From Candidatus Latescibacterota bacterium (lineage in GTDB: Bacteria; Latescibacterota; UBA2968; SICM01): a stretch of 64,000 bases of DNA. The stretch lies in the NCBI GenBank assembly GCA_965217865.1, contig CBDCJO010000002.1, positions 2,688,001 to 2,752,000 on the forward strand, given 5' to 3'. The position numbers and the translations under genes were made by a program. A model generated the notes under the pieces. It ran no database searches. It saw only the letters and a list, made by a program, of their open reading frames with translations, and had not been told where the DNA came from. Below, in pieces: positions 49,758 through 58,524 of the stretch. How positions within the stretch are numbered: position 1 is the first letter of the stretch; the number at the start of each line of letters is the position of its first letter.

Positions 49758-50690
49758 GTGAAGTCTTTGGCCGCACCGAGGGTAAACAGTGTCCTGGACC
49801 TGGTGAATGAGACACCGATGGTCCGTCTCAACCGGATCCGTCCTGCCGGGGGGGCGCAAATCTGGGCAAAGCTTGAGTTCTTTAATCCCGGGGGAAGTGT
49901 CAAGGATCGAATTGCACTGGCCATGGTGGAGGCAGCCGAGCAAAAAGGTATTCTCAGACCGGGCAGCACCATCGTCGAGCCCACGAGTGGAAACACCGGG
50001 ATCGGACTCGCAATGGTTGCGGCCGTCAAGGGATATCGTTTGATCATCACCATGTTCGAGGGTGTCAGCGAAGAACGACAGAAAGTTTTAGAGGCATTTG
50101 GAGCTGAGGTTGTGATGACACCCGCCCAAGATGGAATGCGAGGGGCGATCAAGGAGGCCTTGGCCCTCAAGAAAAAGCATCCCGAATACTTCATGCCCCA
50201 GCAGTTTGAGAACCCTTCGAATCCCCAGGCCCACCGACGAACGACCGCGTTGGAAGTCCTCCATCAGATGGAGGGACGGATCGATGCCTTTGTAGCCGGA
50301 GTTGGTACCGGCGGAACATTGACCGGGGTCGGGGAGGTCCTCAAACGGGAGTTGCCTGCCGTAAGGGTTATCGCGGTGGAACCGACCGATTCGGCGGTAC
50401 TTTCAGGAGGTCCGGCGGGGCCGACCGAGATCGATGGGCTTGGGGCAGGGATAATTCCACCGGTGTTGAATACGGAGGCCATAGATCAGATCGTTGCGGT
50501 CACAAACACAGAAGCCCGGCAGATGGCTCGCCGTCTTACCAGGGAAGAAGGGCTGCTTTGCGGATATTCTTCCGGGGCAGCCGCCCACGCCGCTGCGGTG
50601 GTATCTGAGGAAATGGGGGAAGGTAAAGACGTCGTTGTGATCCTGCCCGACACGGGGGACCGCTATATGAGTTCGATGCTGTTCGGCTAG
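49758..50690 (+). CDS. cysK: Cysteine synthase A (O-acetylserine sulfhydrylase)
   Basis: KLEFFNPGGSVKDRIA, EPTSGNTGIGLA, QQFENPSN, GVGTGGT, LPDTGDRY. Confidence 0.92.
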   Translation: MKSLAAPRVNSVLDLVNETPMVRLNRIRPAGGAQIWAKLEFFNPGGSVKDRIALAMVEAAEQKGILRPGSTIVEPTSGNTGIGLAMVAAVKGYRLIITMFEGVSEERQKVLEAFGAEVVMTPAQDGMRGAIKEALALKKKHPEYFMPQQFENPSNPQAHRRTTALEVLHQMEGRIDAFVAGVGTGGTLTGVGEVLKRELPAVRVIAVEPTDSAVLSGGPAGPTEIDGLGAGIIPPVLNTEAIDQIVAVTNTEARQMARRLTREEGLLCGYSSGAAAHAAAVVSEEMGEGKDVVVILPDTGDRYMSSMLFG

Positions 50691-50765
50691 AGACCCGAAT
50701 AAACCAACGGACCAGGTCGTGCCGAAACCCAATCCCTAAGACCGATTCAACCCAAAGGGGTGCGT

Positions 50766-52901
50766 TCAATCGTACCCCTTTTTTCGTTCAACGCGTTCTA
50801 TGTGAGCCACCCGTTCTTTCACGAATTCGACAAAGGCGGTGTCGACCCGGCTCAGATTTAAAAAACGCCGGTAGGCGTTCAGGGCTTCAGGATAAAGGCC
50901 CAGATTGTATGAGACATTGCCCAGGGAGAAATAAGCCTTGGACTCTTGGGTATCAATTCTAAGAGCCTGATGATAGTAGACAATCGCGCTGTCCGGCATT
51001 CCCCGGGCGACAAATAGGTTTCCCAGGTTGAGATGAACACCTGCGTTTTTGGATTCGGACTGGAGAATCGACCTGAAGACCTCTTCGGCCTTTTTAATGT
51101 CATTCACACGATAGTAGATCACACCCAACCGTTTCCGAACCTCCGTCGCACTTGGGCAAAGAGAGAGTGCCTTCTGGCAGTGGGTAAGGGCATCCTGAAA
51201 GCGCCCCAGTTGGATATAAACCGAACTCAGACCCGCGTGGACGTACCAGGCGTTCGGCGTGTGGCTCAGGGCTTGCCGGTAGGCGTCCACGGCCTCGGAT
51301 GGGCGTTGCAGGTTTTTTAAAACCTCTCCCTTTGACGCCAGCACGTCCGAGTGAAAGGTTCCGTATCTGGACGAATTTTCCAGTTCGGAAAGGACCGTTT
51401 CCCAGTCCCTCCCTTCCCCCGCCCATGACAGAGCCCGGAAGTAATGCCGTTCGAATTCGATCTGCCGTCGCGAGATTTCTGAGGCTAGCAAGGCAATGGA
51501 CAAAAGGAAGATGGCCAGAATCAACCCCCAACCTGGTCCAGGCGACACCCGGCACCCCCGATCCGCCCCGGCCACGACACCCAGAAGCATGTAAAAAAAC
51601 ATCACGGTCTGGGGATGTTCCTTCGGAAATGCGAAGACGGCCACAACAAGAAAAGACACGAGCGAAATCGCTAACATCGGCGCAGCAATTCTTGCCTCTA
51701 AATCGGGGCTTCGACCCATTTTCACAAGACCCCTAAATCCGGCCGCTATCAGCCAGATAAAGACGGACAGCCCAACCAACCCGTATTCAGACGCGATCAG
51801 GAGGTAGTCGTTGTGTGGGCTGTTCATAAAAGTTCCCGGATGGGTCGTCGCTCCCCGGTCTTGAGCAGGGTAGACCCGCACCCAATCCCCCGGGCCTACC
51901 CCTATGAACGGAAAGTCCGCCACCATTCGAAGGGTTCCCTTCCAAGCAGCCAGACGGTATTCTACGCCGACATCTTTCTTAAAGAACGACGTCGCCGTGG
52001 TGGCAAGATCCGACCTCGACACGGTCAGGAAAGGGAGGGCTTTACCTTGAAGATCTGTTATGGACCTGCGGGCGGGAAGCACGGAAAGAAAGATAAAAAC
52101 GACCACGAACGCACCCGCCATCATCAGTTTACGACGGTCCATCCTGGACCGAATGGACCCCAGGATAGTCCGCCTCAACTCCGGGAAGAAGATCACGGCC
52201 GTACCCACCAAAGCGATCGCGACGGCGATCCCCAGCCACGCGCCTCGAGTTCGGGTATAGGAAAGATAGACCCCCATCAGCGCTGCGGAAAGTCCCGAAA
52301 AGAAGAGACCGGTCCGACGCCGCCCTTGAAGGAACAGAAGAATCGACAGAGGGCCGGAACAGACAAGATACTCAGCGGCAAAGTTACGGTTTCCGAAAGT
52401 CGCGCTGGGTTGCGCGTTGGAGGGGATGTCGAGGAACGCAAATCCGTGATATTGCAGAATTCCTATTGTAGCGACCAAGAGACCCGTAATCGCGTTTGTC
52501 CACAAAATCGGACGGAACCGCTCGAATGAAACCGCGTTGGCCCCGATCAAAAACAGGATGACCATGGCGGCCTGGTTGACCAATTCGGTCTGGGTGTCCA
52601 GCGAGTGAATCCCCTTGTGGGAAGAAATCAGCGCAACGCCCATAAGACAAACCGCAGGCAGGAGGAGTCGACCTGAAACCAGATGGATGTGTTGTCCCCA
52701 GCGCGTTTGGATGATCCAGCCCAGGCATGCGAGTGCGAGACAGACGTGGAGGGTTAGACGCTTTGGCAAAACCGAATATTCGAAGATCCCCGTCATCATT
52801 ACGAGAGGGACTGCTGCGACCATCAGGCAGAGGGCACCGGTCACCACACGTTCCCCGAACGATCCCGTCAAACCCCTAATTCCTTGATCCTCCCCTTGCA
52901 T
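50766..52901 (-). CDS. O-antigen ligase/O-oligosaccharyltransferase (Wzy_C) plus TPR protein, copy A (intact)
   Basis: SATFGNRNFAAEYL, YTRTRGAW, P.IGVGPG.W, PHNDYL..ASEYGLVG; C-terminal TPRs. Confidence 0.85.
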   Translation of the reverse strand: MQGEDQGIRGLTGSFGERVVTGALCLMVAAVPLVMMTGIFEYSVLPKRLTLHVCLALACLGWIIQTRWGQHIHLVSGRLLLPAVCLMGVALISSHKGIHSLDTQTELVNQAAMVILFLIGANAVSFERFRPILWTNAITGLLVATIGILQYHGFAFLDIPSNAQPSATFGNRNFAAEYLVCSGPLSILLFLQGRRRTGLFFSGLSAALMGVYLSYTRTRGAWLGIAVAIALVGTAVIFFPELRRTILGSIRSRMDRRKLMMAGAFVVVFIFLSVLPARRSITDLQGKALPFLTVSRSDLATTATSFFKKDVGVEYRLAAWKGTLRMVADFPFIGVGPGDWVRVYPAQDRGATTHPGTFMNSPHNDYLLIASEYGLVGLSVFIWLIAAGFRGLVKMGRSPDLEARIAAPMLAISLVSFLVVAVFAFPKEHPQTVMFFYMLLGVVAGADRGCRVSPGPGWGLILAIFLLSIALLASEISRRQIEFERHYFRALSWAGEGRDWETVLSELENSSRYGTFHSDVLASKGEVLKNLQRPSEAVDAYRQALSHTPNAWYVHAGLSSVYIQLGRFQDALTHCQKALSLCPSATEVRKRLGVIYYRVNDIKKAEEVFRSILQSESKNAGVHLNLGNLFVARGMPDSAIVYYHQALRIDTQESKAYFSLGNVSYNLGLYPEALNAYRRFLNLSRVDTAFVEFVKERVAHIERVERKKGYD

Positions 52902-55261
52902 ACTTCGATCCGATCCTTTACAAATTGAAGTTGGGTCTTATCACCTTGGGCAACCTCCAAATAAAACCGGTAGGCTTCAATGGCATCCTGGTATCGACGT
53001 TGCGTATACAAAAAATTCCCCAGGGAAAGGTGAACCTCGGAAAATCCGGGTTGTAGTGAGATCGCCTTCCTGAAGGCATCTTCGGCATCTTTCAGTTTTC
53101 CAAGTTTCTCCAACACCAAACCGAGGCCCCAGTGCACGCTTGCATTCTCAGGTTCGATCTCCGCGATCCGCAGGTAGTTTTCGATTGCCCCCTGATAATC
53201 CCCCTTCTTTTGATAAGCCACCGCTAGATTCAAGTGCGCCTGGAGATAAGCCACCGCTAGATTCAAGTGCGCCTTCCTGAAACCTGGATCGATCCGAAAA
53301 ACCTCAAGGAACTCCTCAACGGCATCTCCGAATCGCTCTTGGGCAAGATAGGTGTTCCCCAGATTGAAATGAACCCCCGCGTCGTCCGCATCTACGTTCA
53401 GGACCTTTTGGAATTCCTCCGCTGCGCGATCCAGGTCCCCCCGTTCCAGAAAAATAACCCCCAGGTTGTTCCGAGAGTCCGTGGAAGAGGGACATAAGGC
53501 CAGAACCTTTCTGCAATGATCCATGGCCTCTTCGATTCGCCCCTGCTGCAAGAACAACGAACCCAGGCTCTCGTGGGCCTGCCAGTGGTATGGCGCCAGA
53601 GAGAGGGCCTCTCGATATGCGGCCTCCGCCTCACGAGGGCGTTCCAGGTGTTTCAAGGCGTCTCCCTTGAGGACCAGGATGTGCGGCCGAAAGCTTCCAT
53701 ACTCCAGGGCTCGTTGCGTTTCGGCCAGGAGCGTTGGCCATTCGGTCCGCGTTTTTCCCCAATAGTTGGCCATCAGGTAGTGTCGGTCGAACCACACCCA
53801 CCTCCAGGAGAGTGCTCCTGCGCCGAGAGGAACAAGAAGAAGAACGACCACGAGAAGGAGACCGTTCGTTCTGGAACGGATTTCGATCTGACGTTGTGAA
53901 GTTGACGCGGCCGCGACCCCGAGGATGAGGTGGGGAAACATCGCGGCGTGAGGCCAATCCCGAGGAAAATTTAGAAAGGCGTCTCCCAGATACGCAAGGA
54001 GGGAAAGGGAAAACATCAGCGCAGCAACACGGGTGCGTTTCTCTGGATCCCGGGCCATCCGAAACAGACATAGAAAACCGGCCAAAAGGAACCAGAGGTA
54101 TGTGCCAAACCCGATCAGGCCGTATTCCGAAGCGATCCAGAGATAATCATTGTGGAGATTGTTCATCACTATCCCGGGCGTGTTTGTCACCCCGCGGTCG
54201 TAATGCGGATAAGCCCGTTTCCATCCGCCGGGGCCTACGCCCAGGAGGGGGTGATCTGAGATCATTCGGATCGTAGCGCACCACGTGGAAAAGCGGTAGT
54301 CCACCCCCACGTCCCTCTGCAAAATCGACCTTGCCGTTGTAAGAACATCGGCCTTCGACGGGCTGAGTTGCGCCTCAATGGATCGTTGGGGAGGAAGGAG
54401 GGATAGAACGATAAAAAGAAAAAGAAATCCGAAAGCGAGGACGGATTTTCGACGATTGATCTCCGACCTTAAGGCCTCATACATCGATCGTCGCAATCCA
54501 GGCATGGCGGACAGGAGCCCACATACGAGCAGCACGGCTCCCCCTGCACCCACCCAGGCACTCCGGGTGCGGGTATAGATGAGGAAGACCCCCATCAGGG
54601 TCGTTGACAACCCCGATAGGAGCACGGGCGTCTTCCGCGAGGAGGTCAGAAACTGAAGAATCGACAGCGGGATGGCGCAGATCAAGTACTCTGCCGCGAA
54701 GTTCCTGTTTCCGAAGGTCGCGCTCGGAGGGGCGGCTGAAGGAATCCACGATACGGCCAAGCCGTGGTACTGGAGGACTCCCACCATGCCGACGACCAAC
54801 CCTGTGGCCGAACTTGCCCACAGAATCGGTCTGATCTGTTCCAGGGATAGGGAATTGGCCACAACGACCAAAAGGACGATGAGGGCGGCGTTTTTCGAAA
54901 GTTCCGTAAGGGTGTCCAGGGGATGCGTCGATCCGGGAGCCGAAAGGACGGCGACCCCCAGAAAACAGATCAAAGGAAGAAAAAGCGGGGTGGATACGAG
55001 GGACACGCGCCGCAATCTCAAGATGTGAACGATCCAGCCCAAGCAGGTGAGTGCGATGCAGAAGTTAAGCACCAGATGTTTCGGGGCCCAAACAAACGCA
55101 TATAACCCCGGCAGGTAGATCAGGGGAACAGCCGAAACCATCAGGCAGAGGGGGCCTACGACGAAATAAACGCCATGCGTAGCACCTCCCTGACTCAATC
55201 GAATCCGGCTTTTTGAACCTCCGTTTTTCTCCCGACTGATCTTTTTATCCCCTCTTCGCAT
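52868..55261 (-). CDS. Wzy_C-TPR protein, copy B (open frame, internal 11-aa duplication; start uncertain)
   Basis: Same motifs (SATFGNRN, YTRTRSAW, HPLLGVGPGGW, HNDYLW) and about 8 TPRs. Confidence 0.85.
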   Translation of the reverse strand: MRRGDKKISREKNGGSKSRIRLSQGGATHGVYFVVGPLCLMVSAVPLIYLPGLYAFVWAPKHLVLNFCIALTCLGWIVHILRLRRVSLVSTPLFLPLICFLGVAVLSAPGSTHPLDTLTELSKNAALIVLLVVVANSLSLEQIRPILWASSATGLVVGMVGVLQYHGLAVSWIPSAAPPSATFGNRNFAAEYLICAIPLSILQFLTSSRKTPVLLSGLSTTLMGVFLIYTRTRSAWVGAGGAVLLVCGLLSAMPGLRRSMYEALRSEINRRKSVLAFGFLFLFIVLSLLPPQRSIEAQLSPSKADVLTTARSILQRDVGVDYRFSTWCATIRMISDHPLLGVGPGGWKRAYPHYDRGVTNTPGIVMNNLHNDYLWIASEYGLIGFGTYLWFLLAGFLCLFRMARDPEKRTRVAALMFSLSLLAYLGDAFLNFPRDWPHAAMFPHLILGVAAASTSQRQIEIRSRTNGLLLVVVLLLVPLGAGALSWRWVWFDRHYLMANYWGKTRTEWPTLLAETQRALEYGSFRPHILVLKGDALKHLERPREAEAAYREALSLAPYHWQAHESLGSLFLQQGRIEEAMDHCRKVLALCPSSTDSRNNLGVIFLERGDLDRAAEEFQKVLNVDADDAGVHFNLGNTYLAQERFGDAVEEFLEVFRIDPGFRKAHLNLAVAYLQAHLNLAVAYQKKGDYQGAIENYLRIAEIEPENASVHWGLGLVLEKLGKLKDAEDAFRKAISLQPGFSEVHLSLGNFLYTQRRYQDAIEAYRFYLEVAQGDKTQLQFVKDRIEVCKGRIKELGV
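53212..53274. repeat. Direct repeat of 30 bp with a 33-bp period
   Basis: GATAAGCCACCGCTAGATTCAAGTGCGCCT at 53212-53241 and 53245-53274. Confidence 0.95.
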
Positions 55262-56464
55262 CTTTCGATCCGCTCTCGGACAAACGCGACACGGGCGGTA
55301 TCCCCCCCAGACAACCCCAGGTAAGCCCGATAGGCCGTCAGGGCTTCCTGAAAATTTCCAATGGCGTAGGTGAGATTTCCCAGGGCAAGGTGAGCCTGAA
55401 CGAGATCCGGGCGTACGGCGATGGCTTTCCGGTACGCGGACCCCGCCTCTTCCAACCTTCCTTCAGCCTTCAGGGAAAGACCCAAACCAAGCTGAGCATT
55501 GGCATCTTCAGGATGCCGATTCACCGCCTTCCGATAGTCCGCGAGGGCTTCGTTAAAACGTCCCTTGCGTAGATGGACATATCCTAGGTTTGAGTGAACC
55601 TCGGAAAGGTTGGGGTCCAGGCTGAGCGCCTCGGTGTAATAAACGAGCGCGCTGTCCAGCCGTCCCTGTACCTGGTGGAGCTTTCCCAAGTCCAGTCGGG
55701 CCTCCGCGTCGTTGGGGGAAGCCCGCACCGCGGATTTGAACGCCTCCTCCGCGAGGACGAGTCACCCGCTGGACTCGGCGGCCGAACTATCGTATCAGGC
55801 TTCACTGGTCCTTCTGTATTTCCTTTCGGCTAACCTTATTGGTTTTCAAAGTTTGCGATCCATATTTTGGGCAAGTGGCACAACGGGGCTGGTCGTTGCC
55901 TCGATCGGGATCCTCCAGTACCACAGCCTCGCTTTTCTCGGAATTCCGACAAATGCTCACCCGAGCGCAACCTTTGGCAACCGGAACCTGGCGGCGATGA
56001 ACCTGGTATGTGCTATCCCGCTGTCCGGATATCTCTTCGTGACGGCACGAGATCGGATCGCACTCATCCTGTCTGGTTTATCGGCATCTCTGATGGGTGT
56101 TTATCTGGTATATACGCGGACTCGAAGCGCGTGGCTGGGGATGGCGGGTGCAATTTTATGCGTGTGTGCGGTCGTTGCCCTCTGCCCTCATCTTCGAAGA
56201 CCCTTATTACGAGCGATTCGGTCGATGTTTGACCGTCGAAAGGTCTTCCTGGGGCTGGGATTCCTGGCCTTGTTTTCCATCCTCTCCGTACTGTCACCCC
56301 GGCAAGCCAGAATTCAAGACCGAGCCCTGCCTACTCTTACACAGGACAAGATCGATATAACCGCCACAGCCGCCTTGGTCTTACAGATGGACGTCGGTAT
56401 GAGAATGGGCTTCCGGAAGAGATTCCGCACGGAGATCGGGGACCACTTGGTCACGTGTACTCAT
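55195..56464 (-). pseudogene. Wzy_C-TPR copy C, rearranged (leader and TPR tail on the minus strand, middle inverted)
   Basis: The minus-strand ATG at 56464 (MSTRDQVVPDLRAESLPE) overlaps the upstream stop; the TPR tail runs from about 55752 to 55195; the membrane segment lies on the plus strand. Confidence 0.75.
55748..56415 (+). pseudogene. Inverted internal fragment of a Wzy_C gene
   Basis: The plus strand reads SHPLD...SATFGNRNLAA...YTRTRSAW...DVG, homologous to the minus-strand paralogs. Confidence 0.85.
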
Positions 56465-56692
56465 CGAATCCCACCCCTTTGGATCTGGTCTTCGCATTCG
56501 CCGATCCGTTCTCTTACAAACCGGGCGCGCGTTGAATCACATTCGATCAGAGGCAGTAAGGTCCTGTAGGCAGCCTGGGCCTCGCGAAAACGACCTTGCT
56601 CGAAGGTAATGTTTCCCAGAGCAAGGTGCGCCTGTGGCAGACCGGGTCGGATCTGAATGGCAGCCCTGAAGGCCTTCTCCGCCTTCACTAGT
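56461..56692 (-). pseudogene. Detached 3' end (last TPRs) of Wzy_C-TPR copy D
   Basis: KAEKAFRAAIQIRPGLPQAHLALGN...; rejoins copy D in frame when the IS is removed (GQL-V-KAEK). Confidence 0.88.
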
Positions 56693-58524
56693 CCCTATAC
56701 AAGCGTGAATTTTTCTTGGTTTTAGTAGAAAAAAGTTGAAATGCCCCAGTTTTCAGGCCTATAGTTGTAGTATGAAAGACAAAAAGAGGCCATCAAAAAG
56801 GGGCATTTCAGATGAGAGAATACAGGAAGATTCTTCGGAACAGGGAAGCACGAATTGTCCGTCGTTTGCGTCGGAAGCAGTGGTGCAGTCAGGTCAAGCC
56901 TATGATGTCTGGGGGAAACATCCACTACGAGATGAGTGGGAAGGCCGAGGCGATCACGTGTGGGGGGATCGGCGCGTTTCACCACATGGTCCGCAGGGTT
57001 GGGCTGGTGAAAGAGATTGACCGTCATCTTCATCTTTTGAAAGTGCATTTGCCCTGTCACGAATCAGACCACGTTCTGAACATCGCCTACAATGCGCTGG
57101 TTGGTGGTCAACGCCTTGAAGACATTGAGCTGCGCCGGCAGGATGCCACGTTCCTGAACGCTTTGGGCGCTCAGCGTCTCCCGGATCCGACCACAGCAGG
57201 CGACTTTACACGTCGTTTCCGGCCATCGGATATCGAGACGTTGATGGATTGCATCAACCGGGTGCGCACCCGGATCTGGAAAAAGCGCGCCAGGGGCGAA
57301 CTCAAAGAAGCCCTCATCGACATCGACGGCACCCTGGCCACCACTCTCGGAGAACGCAAGCAGGGCATGGCCCTGTCATACAACGGTATCTGGGGATACC
57401 ATCCTCTCGTGGTCTCTCTGGCGAACACCAGGGAGGTGTTGTTTCTTGTGAATCGACCCGGCCATGTGCCCAGCCACGACGGTGCCGTAAAGTGGATCGA
57501 TCGCGCCATCGCGCTGGTCGCCCCTTTCGCCAAACGCATCTGCCTGCGCGGAGACACCGGCTTCTCACTCACCCGGCACTTCGATCGTTGGTCGGAAAAG
57601 GTCGACTTCGTCTTCGGCATGGATGCTTACCGGGGATTGGTCAAGATCGCCAAATCCCTGTCACAGAGCGATTGGGAGCCCTTTGAACGACAACCCAAAT
57701 ACCAGGTCAAGACCTCCCAGAGACAGAAACGCGAGAACGTGAAAGCCCGGATCATCCGGGAGCGCGGCTTCAAAAACATCCGACTTGCCAGTGAACGTGT
57801 TGCCGGGGTTTCGTATCGTCCTGCTCGATGCAGGAAGACCTGTCGACTCGTGATCCTCGAAAAAAACCTGAGCGTCGAACGCGGCGAAAACGCCCTGTTC
57901 GATGACAAGCGCTGTTTCTTCTACATTACCACCCGAAAAGATCTTACGGCCGCGGAAATCGTGAGGCTGGCCAATCGACGGTGCGATCAGGAAAACGTGA
58001 TTGAACAACTCAAGAACGGGGTCAACGCCATGCGGATGCCCGTCGACAACCTGATGAGCAACTGGGCTTACATGGTCATGACCGCCCTGGCGTGGAACCT
58101 CAAAGCCTGGTTCGCGTTGATGATCCGAAAGCGTGAGCGTCGCGATCAACTTCTGAGAATGGAGTTTCGCGCCTTCCTCCAGAATCTGATCTGGATCCCC
58201 TGCCAGATCGTGACCCGGGGAAGACAGATCATCTATCGTGTCTTGGGCTACAACCGGTGGATGACTGACTTCTTCCCGGCCTGGAACAGAATCAGATGGC
58301 TCAAACCGGCCTGACTGCCATGTCAGCACCTGTCGTCGTAACATCACAGGGACAAGTCCGTCCACCCCGGCTAAAACACGTCCGCAAACTCAGTTAATTA
58401 GACAATCGCATGCCGAAACAATCACAAAAACAGCCCAGACATCATCTCCACCAAGTCACAAGTCTGAAATGCTCCGAAATCTTGTATAACACACCGCTCA
58501 ACAAGCCTATTCGCTTATTTTAGG
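56693..58524 (+). mobile_element. IS1380-family insertion sequence, about 1.83 kb
   Basis: ACTAGT duplicated at 56687-56692 and 58525-58530; imperfect terminal IRs CCCTATACAAGCG / CCTAAAATAAGCG; single transposase. Confidence 0.9.
56812..58314 (+). CDS. IS1380-family DDE transposase
   Basis: LPDPTT, IDIDGT, GYHPL, LRGDTGF, ANRRCDQENVIEQLK. Confidence 0.9.
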   Translation: MREYRKILRNREARIVRRLRRKQWCSQVKPMMSGGNIHYEMSGKAEAITCGGIGAFHHMVRRVGLVKEIDRHLHLLKVHLPCHESDHVLNIAYNALVGGQRLEDIELRRQDATFLNALGAQRLPDPTTAGDFTRRFRPSDIETLMDCINRVRTRIWKKRARGELKEALIDIDGTLATTLGERKQGMALSYNGIWGYHPLVVSLANTREVLFLVNRPGHVPSHDGAVKWIDRAIALVAPFAKRICLRGDTGFSLTRHFDRWSEKVDFVFGMDAYRGLVKIAKSLSQSDWEPFERQPKYQVKTSQRQKRENVKARIIRERGFKNIRLASERVAGVSYRPARCRKTCRLVILEKNLSVERGENALFDDKRCFFYITTRKDLTAAEIVRLANRRCDQENVIEQLKNGVNAMRMPVDNLMSNWAYMVMTALAWNLKAWFALMIRKRERRDQLLRMEFRAFLQNLIWIPCQIVTRGRQIIYRVLGYNRWMTDFFPAWNRIRWLKPA

